Shown: positions 22,989 through 29,934 of the stretch, in pieces
Numbering within the stretch: the first letter of the stretch is position 1
Layout of the letters: each line of letters starts with the position of its first letter
Source: Candidatus Dormiibacterota bacterium
GTDB lineage: Bacteria; Chloroflexota; Dormibacteria; Aeolococcales; Bog-877
Direction of reading: 5' to 3'
Assembly: GCA_049790415.1 (NCBI GenBank)
Contig: JBAQYY010000042.1
Location: 5,094 to 69,093, forward strand
DNA length: 64,000 bases
Notes under the pieces: model-generated
Told to the model about the DNA's origin: nothing
Databases searched by the model: none
The model's input: only the letters and a program-made list of their open reading frames with translations
Translations under genes and position numbers: made by a program

Positions 22989-24089
22989 TCAGTCGGCTGT
23001 GCCATCTGCGGTGGCAAGCTCTAAGTAAGCTGCGCGTTCTTGCTCACTCAACGGGGAGTGGCCAGCGGCGAGCACCTTTACGCGAAGAAAGAGGTCTCCG
23101 CCTGCTGCTGACGCTTTGAGGGCGGGGATGCCCTTGCCGGCGACGCGCAGCATTCTTCCCGGCGGACAGTTCGCGGGAATCGTCACCTCCAAGCCGCCCG
23201 CCGGCCCGGCGGTGACCACCTTGCCACCCAGCGCGGCGCGGTAGTCCCGTACCGGTAAGTCCTGGTAAACGTTGCGGACTTTGACCTCGGTGCCGGTGGG
23301 CAGATTGAGTTTTACCTTGAGATACAGATCGCCGCGCTTGCCTTCGCCAACTCCGCTGGCGCCCTCGCCGGCCACTCGGATCTTCGAGCCCTCGGTGACG
23401 CCCTTGGGGATGGTCACCTTGAGATTCCGATGTCGGTACTGGCGGCCGGTACCGGAACAAGCTGGACAGGCCTTGACGCCCACCTTGGTCGCGGTTCCGC
23501 CGCCGCCACTGGCTTCCGTCACCCGGCCGCTGCCGCCACAGGTGGGACAGGTCTCAACAATCGAGACCTGCATGGTCCGGTCCCCGCCTTGCATGGCCTC
23601 GGCGAGGGTGACTTCTAGTTGATCCTCGCTGTCGGCCCCCTTCTTGGCGGCGAGGTTTTCCCGGCGGAGGTGCTCCATCTGGGCTTCGATCCAGGGATCG
23701 TTGGGGTCGCTGCCGCGGCCACCAAAGAAGGTCTCGAAGAAGTCGCTGAATCCACCGAATCGGGCTCCGGCCCGATCCGCGGCCCGCTGGGCGGTCTGCC
23801 GGGCTCGAGTTCCGGCGTCGGCGACCGGCTGCCCGTGCTCACGGCGGAAGGCCTCGGCCCTTTCGATCTGCTCCCAGTCCGACCCCAAGCGATCGTATTT
23901 GGAGCGCTTCGCGGGGTCCTTGAGGACCTCATAGGCCTCGTTGACCCGCTTGAATCGCTCGGTGGCCTTGGGATCCTTGTTGACGTCCGGATGGAGCTCC
24001 CGGGCCAGCTTGCGATAGCGGGCTCGGACCTCCTTGTCCGTGGCGGTGCGAGGAACGCCTAGGGTCGCGTAGTAGTCGCGGAACTCCAC
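22989..24089 (-). CDS. DnaJ-class J-domain chaperone with a single zinc centre
   Basis: J domain DYYATLGVPRTATDKEVRARYRKLARELHPDVNKD, a G/F-rich linker (FGGFSDFFETFFGG), only two CxxCxGxG repeats (CPTCGGSG, CPACSGTG) and a C-terminal substrate-binding beta domain. Confidence 0.8.
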   Translation of the reverse strand: MEFRDYYATLGVPRTATDKEVRARYRKLARELHPDVNKDPKATERFKRVNEAYEVLKDPAKRSKYDRLGSDWEQIERAEAFRREHGQPVADAGTRARQTAQRAADRAGARFGGFSDFFETFFGGRGSDPNDPWIEAQMEHLRRENLAAKKGADSEDQLEVTLAEAMQGGDRTMQVSIVETCPTCGGSGRVTEASGGGGTATKVGVKACPACSGTGRQYRHRNLKVTIPKGVTEGSKIRVAGEGASGVGEGKRGDLYLKVKLNLPTGTEVKVRNVYQDLPVRDYRAALGGKVVTAGPAGGLEVTIPANCPPGRMLRVAGKGIPALKASAAGGDLFLRVKVLAAGHSPLSEQERAAYLELATADGTAD

Positions 24090-24116
24090 AGCTTCAAGGT
24101 ACCGTCTCGGCCCCGC

Positions 24117-25376
24117 TCACGAAACGTTTGTTTCCCAGCCAGGCTCCTCAAGCTGGGATCGGATGTCGACGACAGCAGCTCCGAGATGGGGCAGCAGGGT
24201 CCCATCTGGAGCGCAACAGGTCCCCTCGAAGAGGAGGCGGGCCAATTCCCTCCCCGGTCGGGACTCTGACTGGACCACTAGACCAGCCTCGCCTGGGAAG
24301 GGGCCGCTCAGACCCATCTTCCCAGTCGGGCGAAAATGCCCGTCCGGAGTCAGAGTCCCCCGTGCCGACGCCAGAGCTGGGTGCGAGCGCCTTCTGCCCC
24401 GTTGATAGAGGATGAGCTGCGACCAGCGGCACTCCAAGGTTTGGCTGCTGAGCTCGCCAATCCCAAAGCTGGCCAGGTGCTGGTCTAGAAGTCCCGGGCT
24501 CCCGCCGTCACGGGCGGTGAGACTGAAGAGGGGCAGAGAAGCCACCGGCCGGGGGTTGATCTCGATGCACCAGATCGTCCCCTCGGCGCCCACCACTAAA
24601 TCCAAGCCAAAGACGCCCCGGTGGCCCACACCCTGGAGCCAGTGCCCAGCCTGGCGGGCCAGTGCCTGCACAGCGGATGCTTGCGGCACGGGCTGGCCGT
24701 AGTCGTTGCCGCAGGAGCCCAGTGAATGCGGGGTCAGACTCTCGATCCCGGTCAATTGCAGGCTCGCCGGGCCGAACAACAGATTGCCCTCGGTGACAAC
24801 CCCGGTCACGGTGACCGGAACTCCCAAGACGCGCTCGGCGATCCGGCAGGTTCGCCCCGCAAACCGCTGGAGAAGATGGGCGAGTTGATCGGGGGTCTCC
24901 GCCAGATAGGTGTGTTCGCCGGAGAAACCTCGAGCCAGTTGGAAGATCACCGGCAGCCTGAGCTCGCCAGCAGCGGTCAGGAGGTCGGCGCCGGCGACCC
25001 CTGCCCGGGTGGGAGGGATGGGCAGCCCCGCCGCCGGGGCACTGCGACTGAAGTAGCTCTTGTTCTCAATCCGACGGGCGATCAAGGCGGGCGAGTTGGC
25101 CACGATGACACCGACTTCTTGGGCCAGTCGCTCCACTTGAGCCGAGTTCTTCCAGACCACGATGGCGTCCGACCGCTCGCGCAGATCAACCTGAACTGAG
25201 GCATCAGCGAGGAGCGCAGCCGTTGAGGCGGGGGCTGGTACTTGAAACCGGGCCCAGCCAGGCCCCTCTTCTCGGGCCAGCCCGCAATCCTCGGCACAGA
25301 TGGCCTTGAGCCCAGCTGCCAGCACCGGAAGCGGGTCGGGACCGACAAAGGTCACTCCGATCTTGCCGGCCTTCAT
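24117..25376 (-). CDS. ATP-grasp family carboxylate-amine ligase
   Basis: 419 aa. It has a pre-ATP-grasp region, a central IENKSYF...LPVIFQLARGFSGEHTY nucleotide-binding segment and the C-terminal Mg/ATP motif GVFGLDLVVGAEGTIWCIEINPRP. The start forms an ATGA overlap with the PLP-enzyme stop. Confidence 0.7.
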   Translation of the reverse strand: MKAGKIGVTFVGPDPLPVLAAGLKAICAEDCGLAREEGPGWARFQVPAPASTAALLADASVQVDLRERSDAIVVWKNSAQVERLAQEVGVIVANSPALIARRIENKSYFSRSAPAAGLPIPPTRAGVAGADLLTAAGELRLPVIFQLARGFSGEHTYLAETPDQLAHLLQRFAGRTCRIAERVLGVPVTVTGVVTEGNLLFGPASLQLTGIESLTPHSLGSCGNDYGQPVPQASAVQALARQAGHWLQGVGHRGVFGLDLVVGAEGTIWCIEINPRPVASLPLFSLTARDGGSPGLLDQHLASFGIGELSSQTLECRWSQLILYQRGRRRSHPALASARGTLTPDGHFRPTGKMGLSGPFPGEAGLVVQSESRPGRELARLLFEGTCCAPDGTLLPHLGAAVVDIRSQLEEPGWETNVS

Positions 25377-26461
25377 GACGGTCCGGTTTTGCTGAAGCCG
25401 GCCCCTGCCAGGAGTCCATCAAGCTCCTCTTCGGTATTGGCCATCGGGAGTGGAGGATCGCCGGGGTGTTGCCTGGGTTCCTGATCGAGCTGCGACTCGT
25501 CTCCAGTCAGCACCGCGATCCAGCGCCCCTCCGCCACCTGGGTGTCGGCGGCCACCGCTTGCCGCATCGCCGCCAGGGCGGCCAGCCCTTCCCAGGACGT
25601 CCGGACGCCGTGGCGGGCGGCTATCTCTCGAACCTCTTCGGCCTCTTCGGCGCTCACTCGCCAGCCCCGCCCGCCGCTGCGGCGAACCTCCCGTCGGACT
25701 GCGGGCGCCCGCCGCGAGCGGTGGGTGCCGAGCTCCCCTAAGAGCGACTGCTCCCCAGGTTGCGGGGGACTCGAGGGATACCAGGGGCGGGTCAGCTCTC
25801 CACCCGGGGAGCCCTCCACCACGTGCAGCGCCGGGCGCTGCTCCGGGGGCAGCAGCTGCTCCATCCCCTCAGCGATACCCAAGGCACTGGCTCCGCTGCT
25901 GGAGAAAACAAAGACTGCCGCCAGCGGCTCCTGCTCGACCAGCTCAGCCGCTATCCCCCGGTAAGCGTTGGGGGCGAGCAGGTTGGCGGAGCCGCGGAGG
26001 TCGGAGAGGCCCCAGTCGCGGACGCCATGGTGCAGCAGAGCGACCGGACTGTCGCTGAGGACGGTCAGTTGCTGATAGATCTCAAGCCGCTGCAGCTTGA
26101 GCCGAGGCGTCCGTGGTGAGACCAGGCTCAACACCCGGAGGCCACCCAAGGAGGCGTACGCCGCCGCCGCGATGGCGGCGTTGCCTGAAGAGGAGATGAC
26201 CGCCTGACGGCCACCCGAAGCGAGCAGGACTGAGCAGAGCAAGCTCAGAGAACGCGCCTTGTGCGACCCGGTCGGAGAGAGGTCCTCGCGCTTGAGCATC
26301 AGGTTGGGAATCCCGAGCGAGGACCCCAGTTCTCCGGCCGCCTCCAGCGGCGTCATCCCCTCTCCGAGTGAGAGCTGAGATGCCGCCGGTAGACTGACGC
26401 CGAAGAGCCGGGCGTGGATCCACTGTCCCTGGGGGCCGTCATTCCCCTCAGCGCCGGGCAT
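25373..26461 (-). CDS. Fold-type-II PLP-dependent enzyme (PALP family: threonine synthase / cysteine synthase-like)
   Basis: From ATG 26461: LGEGMTPLE...LKREDLSPTGSHKARS (Schiff-base Lys), SSSGNAAIAAAAYA and the SSSGASALG phosphate loop. The 64-codon 5' extension in the ORF track is antisense to the LysW-like ORF and is rejected. Confidence 0.7.
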   Translation of the reverse strand: MPGAEGNDGPQGQWIHARLFGVSLPAASQLSLGEGMTPLEAAGELGSSLGIPNLMLKREDLSPTGSHKARSLSLLCSVLLASGGRQAVISSSGNAAIAAAAYASLGGLRVLSLVSPRTPRLKLQRLEIYQQLTVLSDSPVALLHHGVRDWGLSDLRGSANLLAPNAYRGIAAELVEQEPLAAVFVFSSSGASALGIAEGMEQLLPPEQRPALHVVEGSPGGELTRPWYPSSPPQPGEQSLLGELGTHRSRRAPAVRREVRRSGGRGWRVSAEEAEEVREIAARHGVRTSWEGLAALAAMRQAVAADTQVAEGRWIAVLTGDESQLDQEPRQHPGDPPLPMANTEEELDGLLAGAGFSKTGPS

Positions 26462-26476
26462 TAATGGAGGTCTCCA

Positions 26477-26650
26477 GTGAGCACGATCGGCGCCGTCGCC
26501 AAGAACTGTCCTGACTGCGGCACCGTTCTCGACCTCGCCGACGTGGCGGAGATTGGCGACCTCGTCGACTGCCCCAATTGCGGAGCCACCTTCGAACTGG
26601 TGGGACTCAACCCCCTCACTCTGGCTCCCTTCGAGGATGAGGAGAAGTAG
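26477..26650 (+). CDS. LysW/ArgW-like zinc-ribbon small protein (candidate amino-group carrier protein), 57 aa
   Basis: Absent from the supplied ORF track, which lists nothing shorter than 60 aa. GGAGG lies 6 nt upstream of GTG 26477. Translation: VSTIGAVAKNCPDCGTVLDLADVAEIGDLVDCPNCGATFELVGLNPLTLAPFEDEEK. It has two CxxC knuckles, a GDLVxCxxCGAxxELVGLxPLxL core and an acidic tail, as in the LysW family. Confidence 0.6.
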   Translation: MSTIGAVAKNCPDCGTVLDLADVAEIGDLVDCPNCGATFELVGLNPLTLAPFEDEEK

Positions 26651-28169
26651 CATCCCTTACCGCCCGCCGGAAACCACCCTGGCGGTAGTGGGCGCTGAAG
26701 AAGCCCGGGCAGGCGGGAGAGAGGAGGACCGTGTCTCCCGGCTGAGCCAGCTCGGTTGCCAGGCCGACCGCCTCTTGGAGCGTCCCGACCCGGCTCACTA
26801 GCTCCTCCCGGCCCGTCCTGCTGACCTCCTCAGCCAGTCGATCCGACCCCTTCCCGGGCAGCAGCAGCACCCGCTTGACGAGTCCGCCGACCATTGCTGA
26901 CAGCTCGCCGAAGTCGATGCCCTTGTCCTCTCCGCCAGCGATCAGGATGCAAGGTCGGTTCAGCCCGAGGATGGCCGCCACGGTCGACTGAGGTGTGGTG
27001 CTGGAGAGGTCATCGACGTAGTCGATCCCCCCGTGTTGACGCACCAGCTCGGTGCGATGGCGAAGCGGCCGAAAATTCTCGATCGCCTGGGCCGCCTGGG
27101 CCAGCTGGTCCGGCTCCGGAGGAGCCAGGACGGCCAGCACCGTGAGGGCGGCCCGGACATTGCTCAAGTTGTGCCGACCCAACAAGGGGACACTCGCTGT
27201 GGCCATGACTGGACGGGAGGTTCCTTGCCAGCGCAGTCGGAGCAGGCCGTCCTCCTCATAGGCACCATCCAGACCCGAAAGCTGCTCCTGGCCATGGGCG
27301 AAACGGAGCTGGCGAATCTCTGTCCGGAGATCGCCGCCGGCCAGACTTTGAGCATCGTCGCCGTTGCGGATCGCCACCTCGCAGCCAGGGAGTTCAAAGA
27401 TTCGCCGCTTGGCGGCAACGTATCCGGCCAGGCCCTGGTGCTCGTCGAGGTGATTGGGCGTGATGTTGGTCAAGCAGGCGACCCGGGGGGCACGCTCCAG
27501 CTGGAGTAGCTGGCGGTTGCTTATCTCCAGGATCAGGCAGCCTGTGCCATCGTCGGCGGCCACCTCCAGCAGAGCCTGGCGGTCGTGCCGGTCGTTGCCG
27601 GCCAGCCAGACGGTGGGGTAGAGACCGCTCTGAGGCACCAGCGCCGCTACCAGTGAACTGGTGGTCGACTTGCCGTGGGTTCCGGTGATGCCCACCACCT
27701 CGCCCCGGGCGAGGTCGAGGTAGGCCTGGATCAGTGAATAAAACGGATGACCCTTCTCCTTCAGCTTCTGCAGGGGAGCGTTGGCCGCCGCCAGGAACCA
27801 GGCCTGGGTGGGGATGATCAGGCTCGACTTCTCTATCTCCTTGAGGTATTCGCCCGCCAGATGCAGCGAGCGCAGCCCGGTGAGCAACTCCTCCAGACGC
27901 TGCTGGCGCGCCTTTGGGTCCATCCCGGCGTGGGCCAGGTGGTGGGAGCGGCGCAGGCTCTCCAGGTCCGGCTGCTGGTCGTGGCCGACCAGATTGGTGA
28001 AGCCCGCGGCCAGGAGATAGCGGGCCATCTCACCGCCCTCGACGCTAGCCACCCCCACCAGATCGATCTGGCTCTGGCGAAGTTCGGCCAGCCGGGCGGG
28101 CACCCGAAGTTCGGCGTGACCAGACGGCCAAGGGGAAGTAGCCGCCGCGGCAGGGGCCGGGAACTCCAT
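26616..28169 (-). CDS. MurD-like Mur-ligase family protein (paralog outside the dcw cluster)
   Basis: From ATG 28169: N-terminal Rossmann-like domain, then GITGTHGKSTTSSL (P-loop), LEISNRQL, NITPNHLDEH, LLGRHNLSNVRAAL, RHRTELV...IDYVDDLSSTTP, IAGGEDKGIDF and LLSPACPGF. These are collinear with the MurD motifs. An insertion of about 100 aa precedes the P-loop. Confidence 0.8.
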   Translation of the reverse strand: MEFPAPAAAATSPWPSGHAELRVPARLAELRQSQIDLVGVASVEGGEMARYLLAAGFTNLVGHDQQPDLESLRRSHHLAHAGMDPKARQQRLEELLTGLRSLHLAGEYLKEIEKSSLIIPTQAWFLAAANAPLQKLKEKGHPFYSLIQAYLDLARGEVVGITGTHGKSTTSSLVAALVPQSGLYPTVWLAGNDRHDRQALLEVAADDGTGCLILEISNRQLLQLERAPRVACLTNITPNHLDEHQGLAGYVAAKRRIFELPGCEVAIRNGDDAQSLAGGDLRTEIRQLRFAHGQEQLSGLDGAYEEDGLLRLRWQGTSRPVMATASVPLLGRHNLSNVRAALTVLAVLAPPEPDQLAQAAQAIENFRPLRHRTELVRQHGGIDYVDDLSSTTPQSTVAAILGLNRPCILIAGGEDKGIDFGELSAMVGGLVKRVLLLPGKGSDRLAEEVSRTGREELVSRVGTLQEAVGLATELAQPGDTVLLSPACPGFFSAHYRQGGFRRAVRDATSPHPRREPE

Positions 28170-28179
28170 CGGAGCTAGG

Positions 28180-29085
28180 TTAGCGGGCGGGAGCGATTGC
28201 TCCCGGCACCCGCCGAACGGTGAGCACCTGATAGCGCGCGCGGAACTCATTGAGTGGTTCTCGCCGCACCTCATTGCACTCGCTGCAGGCATGAACCACC
28301 TCGTCATCGGCAAGATAGAGAGCGAGGTGGCTGGTCCGTTTCGGACCGCGGTGCACAGCGCAGATCAGATCTACCTCACGCAGCTCGGCGATCCGGACCC
28401 GCTCCCCTATCTTTCGCTGGGCCCGGCTGTTGCGGGGAAGGAGCACCCCGGCCCTGAGGTAGGCGCGCCAGCTAAGACCGGAGCAGTCGATCCCCTGGTC
28501 CCCGGTGCCGCCGAAGACATAGGGGCGTCCCAGCAGGTCGAGGGCGGCCTCTCGCACCACCTGCGGGTCCCAACCGGAAGCGGGCACGGTGGCCGTCCCG
28601 GTCACTCCCTCGGCGCCAGCTGGTCCCCAGCGGTAGGGCGAACCCGGGCGCACCCAGCCGACCGCATCCCCGGGCGCGCGGACCAAGTACTGACCGTCCC
28701 GGACGGCGAGCAGCCCGGCGGCGGGGTCTCCCGGGAGTAGCTGGGTGGTGAGCTCCTGCTTGTCCGAGGCCTGATCTGGACGGCGCCGCCAGATGTCCAG
28801 CGTTCCCCCTTCGGCATGGAGGGCGACGCGGGTGCGGCGGGTGGCCAACACCAAGAGTCGGCAGGTGGCTCCCGGCCAGAGTTCGGCCACCCGTCGGCGC
28901 AACTCCAGCGCCTGGCCTGGCAGCGCCACGGTGCCCCGGATCCCATCAGTCGTCACCTGGACCTCGATCAAAGCCTCGCCATAGCGAGCCATGGCCTCCC
29001 GGCGAAGGCTTGCAATGGAGTCCTCCAGCGCCAGCGCCTCCCGGCCGGAGTTCAACTTTCCGACGACCCGAAGAGTCGCCGCCAC
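28180..29085 (-). CDS. NlpC/P60 (C40) cysteine peptidase with N-terminal SH3b-like region
   Basis: C-terminal catalytic module GRPYVFGGTG..GIDCSGLSWRAY...SHLALYLADDEVVHA (Cys-His-His). This resembles gamma-D-glutamyl-diamino-acid endopeptidases of the YkfC type. The start is uncertain: GTG 29085 overlaps the upstream gene by 34 nt, and ATG 28992 is an alternative. Confidence 0.75.
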   Translation of the reverse strand: MAATLRVVGKLNSGREALALEDSIASLRREAMARYGEALIEVQVTTDGIRGTVALPGQALELRRRVAELWPGATCRLLVLATRRTRVALHAEGGTLDIWRRRPDQASDKQELTTQLLPGDPAAGLLAVRDGQYLVRAPGDAVGWVRPGSPYRWGPAGAEGVTGTATVPASGWDPQVVREAALDLLGRPYVFGGTGDQGIDCSGLSWRAYLRAGVLLPRNSRAQRKIGERVRIAELREVDLICAVHRGPKRTSHLALYLADDEVVHACSECNEVRREPLNEFRARYQVLTVRRVPGAIAPAR

Positions 29086-29930
29086 CCGGTACGGTGCGTC
29101 TCACCCTTGAGCTGACCTGGATGGAGTTGGAGAGACTGACCGTCGGTGCTGAACAGAACCGGGCTCAAAGGGAAGCTCGCCAACCGGTACAGCCGGCGGA
29201 CCACCTCGGTCATCCTGTCGGTGCTGGCAGCGTCGCCAACGCCAGCCACCACCATGGCCCGGTCGGGGGCCGCCAGAATTGCCCGGCCGTTGCCCAACTC
29301 GGCGAGTTTCTCCAAGAAGGCAGGTACCAGGAGCAGGCTGCTGGAAAAGAGGATGTCGTCGGTGAAGAGCCAGGTTCTCTGCTCTGGTTCTTTGTTCAGG
29401 ACGGCGCTCCAGCGGGTCAAGCGGAGGGCGGTGTTGCGATCGGCGAGCTCCATCAACTGCTGCTCGTCGAGCCCGCCGATTTCTGCCTCGGCCCGGGAGA
29501 CTCCCCGCATGGCGTCGTCGGGCAGCGCCTCCGCGACAAACGCCAGCAAACCTCCAGGAACCTCTCGGGTGGCCAGCTCGGCATAGCGACTGAATCGGCG
29601 AATAGTGCGGCCCGCCCGGACGCACCACACCAAGGCGCCCGGATCCGGAGCCGGCATGGAGGGCTCAGGATGGTCCTCTGCAGCGCTCAGGCGGGGTGCG
29701 GCAGCAGTGACGAAATGAGAGATGCGCTCAGGCATAGACGCCTCGGGCTGGCTCGCTTCCGCGAAGAGCGACTCCAGCGAGAGCGATACCTGGGATCGAT
29801 CCTTGCGGGCCAGGACCCCAAAATCGTTGTCGCGGGCGCTGAATTCCCAACCCCGGTAGCGAGCCCGAAACTGGGTTAGGAGTCGCTCCTGGAACAGTTG
29901 GCGCTCGCTGTCCAGACGGATTGTCGGCAT
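29052..29930 (-). CDS. Hypothetical protein, DUF1444 (YtpQ)-like by weak resemblance
   Basis: 292 aa and soluble. The overall layout and a few blocks (ILAAPDRAMVVAG, SPVLFSTDGQSLQL) recall the YtpQ/DUF1444 family. There is no catalytic motif I can name. Confidence 0.35.
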   Translation of the reverse strand: MPTIRLDSERQLFQERLLTQFRARYRGWEFSARDNDFGVLARKDRSQVSLSLESLFAEASQPEASMPERISHFVTAAAPRLSAAEDHPEPSMPAPDPGALVWCVRAGRTIRRFSRYAELATREVPGGLLAFVAEALPDDAMRGVSRAEAEIGGLDEQQLMELADRNTALRLTRWSAVLNKEPEQRTWLFTDDILFSSSLLLVPAFLEKLAELGNGRAILAAPDRAMVVAGVGDAASTDRMTEVVRRLYRLASFPLSPVLFSTDGQSLQLHPGQLKGETHRTGWRRLFGSSES

Positions 29931-29934
29931 CGGT

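Noticed and set aside
22982-22996. CCGACT-ctc-AGTCGG hairpin at the dnaJ stop codon, and a weaker CTCCC/GGGAG stem at 22952-22968, considered as a bidirectional terminator
   Set aside because: The stems are short (5-6 bp) with no flanking U/A tracts. One of them overlaps coding sequence. This is too weak to call a terminator.
26462-26653. N-terminal 64 codons of ORF 25373..26653 (MLLLLILEGSQSEGVESHQFEGG...)
   Set aside because: This stretch is the antisense reading of the LysW-like ORF. PALP-family similarity starts after Met65 (ATG 26461), which has its own RBS.
28170-28313. N-terminal 48 codons of the MurD-like ORF overlapping the NlpC/P60 gene 3' end
   Set aside because: There is no family similarity in this segment. 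ATG 28169 sits 10 nt after the upstream stop and gives a normal MurD-like N-terminus.
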